Shown: positions 49,328 through 62,848, counted from the stretch's first letter. The stretch: DNA of 64,000 nt from Octopus sinensis (GCF_006345805.1 NC_042998.1:78492001-78556000), one strand, 5' to 3'. Notes: a model not told the origin generated them from the sequence alone. A program made the numbers and translations.

Positions 49328-52016
49328 GATTTTAGCGATTTTAGTTTCATTCTGATTAAATATAGATATAGGTATGACCAGAATCTCCACTTATTAGATA
49401 AGACCTACGATGATCCATCAATTTGTGAAAAACGCAAAATTAAACTGAATGTTAGATAATAATTATGATTACATGGAGCTACAACAGGGGATTTCCCAAA
49501 CTGTTAAACATCTCACTGGCTGTGGGAATGACGGAGGATGTGCAGTGTGTGTTTCCTTAATATACAAGGTGATTGCATCCTGGTGTTGTTGCAGCGAAGT
49601 AGGTTGTCATCATACACTAATCGAAATATATTTTCGAGGTCTGTTCAAGGGAGCAGAGTTAGTGATGACTAAAAAGAGTTGAGACAGAAAGTAAAGCAAG
49701 AAGTAATTTCATAAAACTATAAAATTTGTGACATTTTAAAAAGAGATAAATAGGTCGGTAGCTGGCAGGAGCAGAGAGAGAGTACCTTCATTAGAATGTG
49801 ATACACTATTGTGTAATACTATGGATTTGTTTAGGCAGAAGAGAGAAGACGAAAGAAAGAGAAGGGTAGTGATTATGTTCCGTGGTAGTAAAACAGGTGG
49901 AGTTAAAAATGATCTTGAGTATGGATTGAATGCAGTGGTGTGCGCATGCGTTTGCATGTGTGTGACTTGTGGAATGGGAAGTGAAACTCAGAAAAGTGGT
50001 AGCTTTACTTTTAGGAGTGCTATTTAAAGAGTTGAGGTGTAACGAACGGGTGTATTCTGCAAAATATAGCAAAGAACTCTGCACACTACCAGTTTTAAGA
50101 AGGTGAAAATTTGCAAGCCATGCGCATTGCACAGCCTGCAAATTGTCTTAATAGGGTTGGATTGTGGGTTTTGGATGTGTACGAGACTTGGAAGGACATT
50201 CTAATCTTTTACAATAGACGGTATTTCGTAAGACAAGGAAAAAGGATGGAACGCGTAAAAGATAGAAGAAACCAAAAGTTTGCCTCCGTCAAAAGATTCT
50301 AGCAGTTTCGACGCCTTGAGGTAGAACTACTGCTTGAGAGGATCAGCAAATAACTGGATACATCGTGAGGTAATTGAAACAGCGTAGACGAGACATAAAA
50401 AACAGGTGAAACATATAGCAAGTGGAACGGGGAAGAAGCAAGGTCAGGGAAAGGAAGTATGGTTAAGACAAAAGACAGGGGAAAGCAAACATAAGATTAC
50501 ATACATACTGCCAATCTGTTAAGATTGTACGATGTGATTACTTTCAAATCAGTTAGTTGGCACTAACTGATCAGAAAGTAATCACATCGTGCTTAAAATA
50601 GCGGGTAAATGACACAATGTCAAAATGCACTTACGCACGAGTAAGTAAATTTTGCTTATAGTGAACTGAAATTGCACTATACGCAAACCACTTTTATTTA
50701 GGAAACTAAGGGTCTCCAACAGCACAAAAAGATGAGATAACCAGACTTAAGTTGAATGGTTTTACATCAAGGTATTTATTCCATCTAATATTTCCCAATC
50801 CAAGAGACCCAGAAGACAGCAGACATTTGAATTCAGAGTTTTCTATATGTAAGATATGTCGCTCCTACTACGGTTAAGATGAGGAAGAGGAGAAAAGAGG
50901 AGTCAATGAGTTTGTGTATAGTAAACAATAAAAGACATTTATAACAAAAATCATTTAAGACGATGTTTATAAAAATTAGTAGTCTTAGAATAAAAGAAAT
51001 TGACAAGAATTTGGCGAGGAGTTTTTCTTTTCTTTTTTTCTTTTTTTTAATTATACGTATTTTCAAACAACAGTCCAGTAATATAAGAGCGCGGGCGTGA
51101 AAGTCAAGCGGGAGAGTGGAGATAACTCAGCATAGTAAAAAAAATTATGATGACAGATTTTCAGTGTGGCCAAATGAAGTTCGGAAATGAGGACGAAAAA
51201 GTTTTTACCCAAAAACGAACAATGTTAGTAGTTGTAAGGAAAACGTGGTGGCGGGAATGATTATGCAGTAATTATTTTGAAGTGCGTCTGTATAAACTCT
51301 GAAATTCGAATATTGTTGATGCGTGGTGACTTAGAATAAAATTAAAGTTTCTGGATAAGTTTAAATTATATAAAAGCACGGTGGTGATGGGCCAGATTTT
51401 GTAAAATGTCCCCTTCTTTGGTCTAAAACAGCCTCATTGGAATGCTTTGAGAAACGAATGGACAGATTTGTAGAAATTGCCTCTCTGGACATTTGAAGGA
51501 TTATATAAGTTTATAAAATTGTAATTCTAATTGCTTTCCACTGCGCTTAGCGCAATGGAACCAATGATTCCGAGAATAGTTAAGGAGATAGCCATCTGGC
51601 TAATCACTGTTTTTCTATATATCACTGGTGGGGAGATGAGTTGCTGCTATCTCTAGCATCTGTGATTGACAAGACCAAGCAAGGCTGAAATCACATGATC
51701 TGGTGGTCTCTGTGCTGGAGGTGGCAGGTATTTATCTCCCCACTAGCGATAATAAATAAGAGTGCATTTTGCACCAAAAGCATTTATGAGATTTGCTCTC
51801 GTGGCATCTACCGCAGTATAGTTTGTTCTAACAAAACAACCACGTTTAAGTGAACACAAATATTACCTCTCAGTAGCAGGTAGGAAGAGATACCGAGTTA
51901 TTGCTGTTGTGATATTTTACCAATTAACAGAACAAACAAAAATTCTCGTAGCAAGAATAATAAACTTTGACTTTGTCTCTGTTAAAGATTTTGTAATAGC
52001 TATAGCTTGGTAAGTC

Positions 52017-52460
52017 GACGAACTGGCAGAATCGTTAGCACACCGGGCAAACTGCATAGCGGCATTACGTTTTACGACGAGCTGGCAGAATCATTAGCAC
52101 GCCGGGCGAAATGCTCGGCAGTATTTCGTCTGTCACTACGTTCTGAGTTCAAATTCCGCCGAGGTCGACTTTGCCTTTCATCCTTTCGCGGTCAATTAAA
52201 TAAGTACCAGTTACGCACTGGGGTCGATATAATCAACTTAATTCGTTTGTCTGTCCTTGTTTGTCTCTTCTGTGTTTAGCCGCTGGGTAGTAAAGAAATA
52301 GGTATTACGTTTTGAGTTCAAATTCCGTCGAGGTCGACTTTGCCTTTTATCCTTTCATGATGAATAAAGTAAGAACCAATCAAGTACAGCGGTTAATGTA
52401 ATTGACTTACTCCTCCTCTCCCAAAATTGCTGGTCTTCTGTCAACATTTGAAATCAATAC
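52017..52460 (+). mobile_element. Young-tail SINE A (52074-52301) nested inside an old-tail SINE A
   Basis: Old head, then G(C/T)ATTACGTTTT duplication (52062-52073, 52302-52313) around a complete young copy, then the old body and tail resume. Confidence 0.88.
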
Positions 52461-53191
52461 TATAGTTTGATAGACAGTAAAATGAAATTAAATTTAGAAA
52501 TTCTTTGGCGATATTTGTTCTTACATTTTGACTGAAAGTTAGATTATACCTTGGGGGATCGGAGGCGGATATAATAAATTTTATCTGAATAAATAATAAA
52601 TAAACCAGTTAAGCCTCATTAAAATTAAGCCTACAAAAAAGTAACCTAGCTCGTTGGTCTCAAGCGGCCGCCTGAGCCCAATGAGTTAGGTTCCCGTAAT
52701 GTGATACCGAATCATGGGCATTATAGGGACGTAAACTAATGTTGAACATATTGGTCTTGAATACATTTCACTGCGTTCCTGGCAACAACATACGGACATT
52801 ACCTAGAAGCCAAACTATCAACACAGCCATTCTAGGACAAGTCCGCATATATTTAGCCCAAGATAAGCTGCCCTCAATGGGAAGACATCTAACCAAAGAC
52901 ACCAGCTATGTTTCTCCTTTCACACACCTATTAAGGCAGGAGTTCAGCCTGTTTTGCTGTATCTATGCAAAATATTTTTTTCTTTCCATATAGGCAAAGT
53001 GGAATGAATGCAGTTAATTATGCGCCCTACTTTGGTACAACAACAATATAACTGTAGGCAGATCTGAACTTGTGACTACATGCTTAGTAGTTCAATGACT
53101 TAATCTCACAGTTACTGCGCCACCTGATTACATATAGAAAATCGATATCTGTTCATATTGTTTCAGCAACAATATGTTTGCTATCATAGTA

Positions 53192-53193
53192 TT

Positions 53194-53236
<43 letters not shown>

Positions 53237-53237
53237 G

Positions 53238-53308
<71 letters not shown>

Positions 53309-53665
53309 GTCTGTCTATCTATCTATCTATCGATGTATCTATCTAATTTGCCGTTTACCCCTCTATCCATCCATATATCTATATTTTCGTCCCAGCATCT
53401 CTCTACCTATCCATCTGTACATATGTCTATCCTTCTGTCTATCCATCTATTCATCTATCTGTCCCTCCATTTAACCATTTATCCATGTCCTATCAATTCA
53501 TCTATCCTTATATCTATATATTTATCCATCTATTTTTTAACCACGTTTCTAACTACCTATTCATCTATACGTAAGCCTATTTCTCTATCTATCAACCTTT
53601 TCATATATCCATCCGTCTGCCTATTTATCTATTTATCTAGCAATATATCTACTTATTCATCTTGC

Positions 53666-53719
<54 letters not shown>

Positions 53720-53752
53720 TTATCTAGCAATATATCTACTTATTCATCTTGC

Positions 53753-53786
<34 letters not shown>

Positions 53787-53820
53787 TTATCTAGCAATAT
53801 ATCTACTTATTCATCTTGCC

Positions 53821-53869
<49 letters not shown>

Positions 53870-53911
53870 TTATCTATTTATCTAGCAATATATCTACTTA
53901 TTCATCTTGCC

Positions 53912-53956
<45 letters not shown>

Positions 53957-53965
53957 TTATCTATG

Positions 53966-54016
<51 letters not shown>

Positions 54017-54045
54017 ATATCTATCTATCTCTATCTATCTATCTG
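53192..54045. repeat. (CTAT)n field with four copies of a 34-bp interrupting unit
   Basis: TTTATCTAGCAATATATCTACTTATTCATCTTGC at ~53632, 53719, 53786 and 53877. Confidence 0.9.
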
Positions 54046-55596
54046 TGATGGGCCTAAATACGCTTCGTTGAACATCATCACTGGATCCACGGGTGCCTTG
54101 GTTCTTCGTTTTTTGTTTTTTTTTCCAGCAGACATTGACCTACTAGTTAGTGTTCAGGCTGGGCAACAGCAGCTGCATCAGTCTTAGCAGTTAGGAGAAA
54201 AGGTCTGCAAAGGTCATTGCATTGACCCACTTCTGCCTAAACTCTGAAATAAATAGATAAATAAATGTGTGTGTATATGTGAGTGAGAGAGAGAGGGGGA
54301 GGGGGGAGAGAAAACGAAAGAAAGAAAGAGAAAGAAAGAAAGGAAGAAAGAAAGAAAAAAAGAAAGAAAAACGATAGAAAGAGAGAGAGAGAAAAGAGGG
54401 AGAGAAAGAGGACGGGTGGGCGGGGTGAAGAAGAAAGAAAGCTGAAAAACAATTTTGACTTTAGAGGATATTGAACTCGGTGCGTAAAGAGATATGACAA
54501 GGCAGTTTAACGCTCTGATTTAGTTTTTCTCTCTACTTTCCTTTCTTTTGTCTTATTTTCTTTATTTTATATATTTTCGGGGTCTTTTTTTTTTTATTCC
54601 AATTTGCCGCGAACACAACACAGAAATGCAAACATAGCGGTACAATAACGTATACATTATATACATTCACCCAGTAGTGAGAGAAGGAACCTGCCAGTAG
54701 GTAGTCGTTCAATCTGCTAGAAATAACAGTCAAATATCCTTCAAATACATTCTACGAGGGGTGGTTCTCTTGCCTTTGATTCCTATTTTATCCTACAGGA
54801 CTTCCACAGCCATTCGATGTGTATAAAAAGACATCCTACTTATTTTTGTAATTAAATAATTATTAAGAATTGTATTTAAAAATTTTTTAATATTTTGTGT
54901 ATTGTAGAAGAATAAGCAATTTATTGCAGATAAATTTCAACAACAAAATCTTATATGGACCTCCCCCCAAGGGCCATATGGCTCCCGGGTGCGAACCCCT
55001 GCTCTACCGTTTTAAAAAAGAAAAAGGAAGGTCACACAGGGTAGCGTAGATCTAAATAAACCATGTATAGAAAACAAATGTGGTATTTTAATTCATTTAT
55101 TTGTTAATTGATTTTATTGCTCTAATGTGAAGGGTGGGGATGTGCTTATTATGGCCTTTGCAGGCTCTTCGAGACCGACTGGAGAGTCTTTGATCATTGG
55201 GTTTGCTTTATAAGAGTTTGACCTGGAGCTAGGCAAAAACAACATCCACCCATCCGTGTACACAGAACACCCAAATACGGCGCAATGACATTAGGGTACG
55301 AGGGACGAATGTGTTTATCTTTAGAACACCCACGCTTATTGCTTTATTAACTCAGATCACAACACAGCACTCTCATACGTGCGCACACATACATACATAC
55401 ACGCATACACACCCTCATACGTCGCACATATGCACCCACATGCGCGCACGTATACACCGAGGCGCAGGAAAGAAAGCGACGTTCTTCGTTCCCTCATCCC
55501 ACTCTTTCTTATACACAGCATCATCACAACTCTATCACCACCGCCACTACGACTCCTATACTAACTCTATGCATATATGACAAGAACTACTATTAT

Positions 55597-55635
<39 letters not shown>

Positions 55636-56054
55636 TACTACTAGTAGTACATATTTTTGAAAAACCCGTACACATATGCACACACTATCGTTTACAGTGA
55701 GGAACACTAACCACTACTTGTATAAATGTAAACAAAAATACACTACAACGCTCTCACACACACACACACCCAAGAATTATGCTGACGTAAGTTCGCGCCT
55801 CACCGAGGTTAGTTCTGTTGTTTTCACTCTTTTGAGTGTCGTAAAAAGTAAGCACCAATGAAATTCTGGATCTATTTAATCGGTGGTGGATTGACAGTGT
55901 CGTTAAAAACGTCAGTCAGCATGTCCTGCGGTTTTTAATCTCCTGAGTTCAGATCTCGCCGAAGTCAATAAATAAAGTATACGAGTTAACTATTGAGAAA
56001 AATTGTTCTTGAAAGACAACCGAGATATAAATAGAATTATAACATAAGACAAAA

Positions 56055-56612
56055 ATAACTTCTTTTAAATTTTGGCACATAAGGCCAGCGATTTTAGAGG
56101 AAAACGTAAGTCGATTACATTAACACCATTGCACAACTATTACTTCGTTTTATCGATCCCGGAAGGATGAATGGCGAAGTCGAGCTCGGCGGAGTTTGAA
56201 CTCAGAACGTAATGATGAATGAAATGCTGCTAAGCGTTTTGTCCAGCGCGCTAATGCTTCTTATTTCTTTACTACCCATAAGGGGCTAAACACAGAGAGG
56301 ACAAACAAGGGCAGACAAACGGATTAAGTCGATTACATCAACCCCAGTGCGTAACTGGTACCTATTTAGTCGACCCCGAAAGGATGAAAGGCAAAGTCGA
56401 CCTCGGCGGAATTTGAACTCAGAATGTAGCGACAGACGAAATACCGGAAAGCATTTCGCCCGACGTGCTACCGATTCTGCCAGCTCGCCGCCTTTTTTTG
56501 TACTATTAGGCACAAGGCCTGAAATCTTGGGGAAGTAGGTTAGTCGAGTACATAATCCCAGTGCTCAACTGGTACCTTGTTTTATCGATCCTGAAAGGCT
56601 AAAAGGCAAGGT
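56055..56612 (-). mobile_element. Cluster of SINE family A copies (young copy 56262-56492 between old-tail fragments)
   Basis: Three family A bodies. The central one carries the GGGGCTAAACACAGAG..ACAAACAAGG tail. Confidence 0.85.
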
Positions 56613-56619
56613 CCGAATA

Positions 56620-57130
56620 AATCGTCATCGTCGTCGTCGTCGCCGACATTAACTCGTATTCCAGTAGTCAATCTGTAGCGGATGATTGATCCTCTTCGTC
56701 CTGGTCAGTGCGAAGGGTGCAGTTGGCTGGGGTGGCTGTTTAGGCCAAGGGTGGTATAGAAGAGCCTGCGGCATTTATCGCAGGAGAGAGTTGGTGAGGG
56801 ACAAGGAAATGTGAGTCGCTCGTTGCATCTTCGACATCTGACCTCTGCCTCTTGACGTCTGTTATTGTTTATCTGGCCCGTTTCTTTGACGATGACATAC
56901 CTCCACTTTGTGTGGTCCTTGAGATAAATAAATAATAATAAATTCCTACCCTCCCCTAAGTTTAGAGCTAAGTAAATTATTAATCTATAAATTGTCGTAG
57001 TTGCCGGCGTATAAGACACGCTTTTAATGCTTTTAAATGAATCATACGATTGTCCAGCATCGAAAGCGACAGTGTTGTAGATGGGAGACCGAGCGTCGTT
57101 GAGTCGGGCACCCGATAAGTATAAGTTCAC
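56620..57130 (-). mobile_element. RTE-clade LINE 3' end with C-terminal zinc-finger relic
   Basis: KDHTKWRYVIVKETGQINNNRRQEAEVRCRR...LSCDKCRRLFYTTLGLNSH followed by a (GAC)n tail. Confidence 0.75.
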
Positions 57131-57633
57131 TAAATAAAATAGCTGATATTAATAATGTAATATTGAAAACACGCCAAATTATTGCAGTCTGTTGGCACAA
57201 ATTTGCTTACGATAAGTCATGTTGTCTCATTATGCTTCCTTCCCCAATGTATATAATCCGCACCTAATACATGTCTTTCATTATTTAATGGCTGTGTTAC
57301 CTTTAATAAAACATTCTTTAAAATTATCTAAATGACAATTCTCCAGCTTGTCAGCTATTTACAGTGCGTGAATGACAACAAAATTAAATCTGTGGTGTTC
57401 CACCCTGGTGACCAATGAAGGTTATATAAAATATCATAGCCAGTAATACGAATTTTACATCCTATGTGGCAGTTCTTTTGGCCAAAATATAAACAACTAC
57501 ACATCTGATCCGGAAGAAGAGAAAGATAATTAGTCACAGCAAATACTCTCGTATACTGTCACGGCATAAACACAATGTATACTGTAACAGTATTACAGTA
57601 TTGTGTTTACATGCACAGTATCTTACATTCCCC

Positions 57634-58055
57634 GGATCTTTTCGGTTTGAACGGCAGTTTTTTAAAATAATTTCCACGTAACTAAACACTTTTAAACTTC
57701 GTATACTGGTAGAATGTGTTTATAAAACATCTTTTTCTCTTGGCTTTATTGAGAAAATTCTATAGTTTGTAAGATATTTGTTATATTTGTTCTTCAATTT
57801 CTGCAATTTCAACCAATCAATGACGTCTATTGAGGTGAAAACATTCTGTACCGCATGAATATGTTCCTCGGTTAAGAAACAGATTGGGTTTATTTACATT
57901 TCTGAAGGAAAAAAGACACCCTTCCCCCACCCCTAACCCTAACCCTAACCCTAAAACAGATTGAAATGCAATAGATCGATACTAAGGTCATAATTATGGG
58001 TGACAATTTCATATGACACCGCTAAAAAAAACTGCCGTTCAAACCGAAAAGATCC
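57634..58055. mobile_element. MITE (422 bp) with 30-bp perfect TIR, 8-bp TSD and internal (CCCTAA)4
   Basis: TIR GGATCTTTTCGGTTTGAACGGCAGTTTTTT. TSD CATTCCCC (57626-57633, 58056-58063). Telomere-like repeat at 57931-57954. Superfamily undetermined. Confidence 0.92.
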
Positions 58056-58221
58056 CATTCCCCCTCTATTAAACCACTTTAAAATATCTTTCAGTATATT
58101 TGTGATAAAACATTAATCTATTCTGTCACAACATACACCAATAAAAGAGGGAATGCGTCTCATACGCTGGCGAATACAGACTGGCAAATCCAAGGATTTG
58201 TGAATTTGAGTGTAAAGTTTG

Positions 58222-58470
58222 CGTGGCCTTGTAGTTAGGATGTTGCACTCAAAATCGTGGTTTCGATTCCCAGGCCAGCGCTGCGTTGTGTTTTTGAGCA
58301 AAACACTCCATTTCACGTTGCCCCAGTTCACTCTGCCGTAAATGGATGACCCTGCTATAGACTGGGAGAATGTTGGCCTGTCCGGCTAGCTAGCGGGGTT
58401 GCATCATTCGAGAAGAACAACAGTGCCAAGAAGAGCATCGTGACTAGTGATGTTAAACAACATCCAAGAG
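58222..58470 (+). mobile_element. tRNA-derived SINE related to family D, degenerate
   Basis: TGGCCTTGTAGTTAGG A-box-like, GGTTTCGATTCC B-box, TTGAGCAAAACACT..ATTTCACGTTGC body. Confidence 0.7.
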
Positions 58471-58485
58471 TCTAGTCGATTCAGT

Positions 58486-58620
<135 letters not shown>

Positions 58621-58697
58621 ACTATCTTGTTCATACACTAGCCTCGTCTCTCACCGTGTGATCCGCACTGATCTAAACATTGTACGATTAATGCCAT

Positions 58698-58737
<40 letters not shown>

Positions 58738-59190
58738 TGTGTGCGTGCGCGCGTGCATATATTTGTGAACAAATACACGAACACATAATTTTCACAAACA
58801 TCGTCACAACTTTAGGAAAGGTACGCACAGAGACACAGGCATATTCACACTCATACAACCGTATACAACTCACATTTCCACACATCCAATCAAATCAATA
58901 AAGTAGACTGAGAAATGCTACAGCATCGGGCAAAGTGCTACAGAACTTGCGGTATTTAATCCGGTTCCATTTGTTATGAGTTTAAATCCCGCGGAAACCA
59001 ATTTCAGTTTTCATCCTTCCGGAATTGATGAATAAAGTACTTAGAACGGTCGACTGACAGAATCGTTAAAGGCGTCGGATGAGATGTATTGCAGTGTGTA
59101 GTCCAGCTTTTGTCATTCTAAATTCAAATCTCAACTAGTTTACTTTGGTGGTACAGATAATCCGTCAACCGGTTTAACACTATCATTAAA

Positions 59191-59422
59191 GGCGGCGAGC
59201 TGGCAGAAACGTTAGCACGCCGGGCGAAATGCGTGGCCGTATTTCGTCTCCCGCTACGTTCTGAGTTCAAATTCCGCCGAGGTCGACTTTGCCTTTCATC
59301 CTTTCGGGGTCGATAAATTAAGTACCAGTTACGCACTGGAGTCGATGTAATCGAATTAATCCGTTTGTCTGTCCTTGTTTGTCCCCTCTGTGTTTAGCCC
59401 CTTGTGGGTAGTAAAGAAATAG
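59191..59422 (+). mobile_element. SINE family A, full length, young tail
   Basis: GGCGGCGAGCTGGCAGAAACGTTAG head, GAGTTCAAATTCC B-box, tail ending GTAGTAAAGAAATAG. Confidence 0.93.
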
Positions 59423-59425
59423 ATA

Positions 59426-59949
59426 TCTATATATATAAAACTGTAGTTGTGTGAGTGTCTGTCCCCTTCGATTTAGATTCCTAACTACTCCCACATTTTG
59501 CGGTGCAGTTTAACTAAATTCGGGTATCTTATAGTCGTGATTCATATCGAGCCCGTCTGAGTATTAGCGCGCGTCTACGATGAGTCTACGATGAGTCTAC
59601 GATTTTAAAAATAATTTAACATCATTTTTTATTCCATTTTAATGCATAATTTTTCGTGTGTCGATGGCGGCGGAGTTGGCGTCCATGGTCACACCTGCAC
59701 CTGTTTGCTTCTCCCCCTTCTTCCCTCCCTCGTGAAGCTGTGGGAAAGGGAGTGTAAGGAAATCAACGTCGTAAAGCGTTGTCAAGGAGACCAGCGTTCT
59801 TTTAGAACAACGACTTCATGGCTTGATGACACCAAAACAGAAATGGCTAAGAAAGCCCGAATTGGCATCTATAAGGGAAGTAACTCTCTAAAAATGCTTA
59901 TATAGTTATTTCCCTTACAAACCCGAGCAACGCCGGGCGATACTGCTAG
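59426..59949 (+). mobile_element. Non-autonomous Helitron, copy 2 (524 bp)
   Basis: A|TC...CTAG|T termini, no TSD, subterminal hairpin CCCGAGCAACGCCGGG (59922-59937). Confidence 0.9.
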
Positions 59950-60389
59950 TATATATAAAAAAAGAAACGAACAATGAAGACCTCTAATTTTGATCTCATT
60001 GGAACGAAGCGGTTTCTATAACAATAACCCTATGAGAGCATTAGGCAAAGGATATAACATTGAGAGGACCTTTTACTCAAATCAGCGGATAAGCTTTAAT
60101 TCATTCTAAATAAGGATTTTGAGACCCATTAAATTTGTTAATAACCGTTTCACAATTGTAATAAGGGACTTCTTCCCAATCTAAGCTTGCGCGTGCGTGT
60201 GTATATACATACATCCGCACACATTATCACAGACGGCGCTCCAGCATGACCAGAACTCTTGTTGAAACTAATAAAACTATAGGGACGACCCTTATACTAA
60301 AACCAGCGCATGCAATGTTTAAAAACATATGAAAACCTTATTATTCTAATTTTGGCACAAGGTTAGCCCTTATAGTGGAGGGTCTAGTC

Positions 60390-60703
60390 CGAGCCTGGTC
60401 AACTCGAATTACGTTGCAGGCCACTTTAATCAAAGAAAGCTTTTCGAGGGCCGCTTGTATACTGACAGAATTGAAAGCATTTTGCTTTCTCATGCTATTA
60501 TTACAGTAATGAATGAATGATCGTTGATTCAAGATGAAATAGTATTGTTGCAAAAACAGTAGTATCTTTCTTTTTTTACTTTTCCTTAAAACCTTTAAAT
60601 TTTGATAAAATTTCAAAAAACGTTTGTTTAATTAAACCCATTTCAAGAAAGTATCAAGCGGACCTCTAGATAAAAATCTGCGGCCGCAGGTCGGCCGACC
60701 CTG
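60390..60703. mobile_element. hAT MITE (314 bp) inserted in an old-tail SINE A (60345-60880, -)
   Basis: 8-bp TSD GTCTAGTC (60382-60389, 60704-60711). Imperfect TIR C(-)GAGCCTGGTCAAC / GTCGGCCGACCCTG. The host SINE continues in register on both sides. Confidence 0.8.
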
Positions 60704-61052
60704 GTCTAGTCGATTACATCACCCCCAGTGCTCAACTAAAACTTATTTCGTTGACTCCGAAAGGATCAAAGTCAAAACTTAACGTCTGCGGAATTCGAAC
60801 GCGGAATGTAATGAGTCGGGAAAAAATATACCGTAAAGCGTTAATCCAACGCACTTACAGCTCTGCCAGTTCGCCGCCTTTGAAATGGCTTTCATTAAAG
60901 TAGGTTAAATACAGAATCTTTGTACCCTATTTACTGTTCTTTCTCATAAAATTAAAAGATCAATATTAGAATTTGATTTGTTATTTGCAATCACTTATAT
61001 ACGTCAGCATGCATTGCATACGTGACATTCCTGCAGGACACACACAGACACG

Positions 61053-61126
<74 letters not shown>

Positions 61127-61174
61127 ACATACACACACACACACACACACACATACACGCGTGCGCTCGCGTAA

Positions 61175-61560
61175 ATTTCCTTCTCAATTGCATAGTTCCT
61201 GGTTCAGTCCCATTGTGTGACATTTTGTGCAAGTGTCTTTTACTATTGCCTTGGGCCGACCAAAGTCTTGTGAGTAAACTTGGTTGGTGGGGGGGGGGAA
61301 CTGAAAGAAGCCCATCGTAAATAAAATGTATGTAATCTCTGTGTCTTTCTGTTTGCTCCTGACCACCGCTTGACAACCGTGTTGGTTTATTTATGTCCCC
61401 CATAATCGCGTGGTTCGACAAATGAGAGCGAGAGAATAAACACAAGGCTTTAAAAAATAAGTACTGTGATCGATTTGTCGATCGATTTGGTTGATTAAAC
61501 ACTTGAAGGCAGTGCCCCAGCATGGCCACAATCCAACGAGTGAAATAAGTAAAAGACAAA
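61175..61560 (+). mobile_element. SINE family B, degenerate full length
   Basis: GGTTCAGTCCC head, AAGTGTCTTTTACTATTGCCTTGGGCCGACC body, CCCCAGCATGGCCAC tail. Confidence 0.8.
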
Positions 61561-61563
61561 AGG

Positions 61564-61594
<31 letters not shown>

Positions 61595-61614
61595 GCACGC
61601 GCGCACATTATATT

Positions 61615-61841
61615 TATTTCTTTACTACCCACAAGGGGCTAAACATAGAAGGTACAAACGAGGACAGACAAACGGATTAAGTCGATTATATCGACACAAG
61701 TGCGAAACTGGTACTTTATTTATCGACCCCGAAAGGATGAAAGGCAAAGTCGACCTCGGCGGAATTTGAACTCAGAACGTAATGACAGACGAAATACCGC
61801 GAAGCATTTCGCCCGGTGCGCTAACGTTTCTGCCAGCTCGC
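61615..61841 (-). mobile_element. SINE family A, full length, young tail, with TSD
   Basis: 13-bp TSD CGCACATTATATT (61602-61614, 61842-61854). Confidence 0.92.
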
Positions 61842-61879
61842 CGCACATTATATTAGTGCATTGGACCCTTAACTCCATG

Positions 61880-62225
61880 AAAATGTCATCGTAGTGCCGT
61901 CGTGTGAGTTCAATCCCACTACGAAACACCTTGAACAAGTGTCTTCTACTAATTCAGTAACTAAAATTTGCGTAAAAGCCCGTCGTATACGCGCGTATGT
62001 TTATTGTGATGTCCGTGTTTGTCCCCTATCTACTGCTTGACAACCGATATCGGTTTGTTCATATCTTCATAACTTATCAGATCGGCAAAAAGACAGCGAC
62101 AGACTAAGTACCAGACTTAAGAAAGAGAAAAAAGCACTGAAGTGGATTTGTTAGACTAAAACTTTCAAAGGCGGTGTCCCAGCATGGTCGCAGTGCAGTG
62201 AGTGGAACGAGTGAAATATAAAGGT
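61880..62225 (+). mobile_element. SINE family B, degenerate
   Basis: GAGTTCAATCCC, ACCTTGAACAAGTGTCTTCTACT, GCTTGACAACCGAT and GGCGGTGTCCCAGCATGG blocks in order. Confidence 0.7.
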
Positions 62226-62229
62226 AAGG

Positions 62230-62515
62230 GGAGAGAGAGACAGATTGAAAGAAAGAGAGGCGGATTGAAAGAAAGAAAGACAGATTGAAAGAAAGAGAGA
62301 CAGATTGAAAGAAAGAGAAACAGATTGAAAGAAAGAGAGACAGACTGAAAGAAAGAGAGACAGACTGAAAGAAAGAGAGACTGACTGAAAGAAAGAGAAA
62401 CAGATTGAAAGAAAGAGAGGCAGATTGAAAGAAAGAGAGGCAGATTGAAAGAAAGAGAGGCAGATTGAAAGAAAGAGAGGCAGATTGAAAGAGAGACAGG
62501 TTGAAAGAAAGAGAG
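62230..62515. repeat. 20-bp purine-rich minisatellite (GAAAGAAAGAGAG(A/G)CAGA(T/C)T)n
   Basis: About 14 units by eye. Confidence 0.9.
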
Positions 62516-62848
62516 AACGAGAAAAACCAACTCTACTGGTATTTTATTTACTGGCTTTGGAAAGATGAAAGACGGAAACTAAAAGAAGCCCGTCATCTGT
62601 GTGTGTGTGTGTGAGACCACGGCTTGACAACAAGTGTTGGTGTGTCTAAGCGGTTCGACAAAACAGACCGACAGAGTAAGTGCCAGGCATTAAAGTAAAA
62701 GCTGAACTCGGCGGAATTTGAACTCGGTGCGCAAAGAGCCGGAACGATTAACCAGCTGCAAAGTAATCTAATCTGTGTATGTGTGTGTGTATATGAGTGT
62801 GTGTATATGTGTGTGTATATGCAGGTGTATATGTGTGTTTATATGTAC

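Noticed and set aside
50317-50340. let-7-like seed TGAGGTAG
   Set aside because: Only the first 8 nt match and there is no precursor hairpin.
54752-55006. Possible hAT MITE (GAGGGGTGGTTCTC / GCGAACCCCTG)
   Set aside because: TIR match is poor and there is no consistent TSD.
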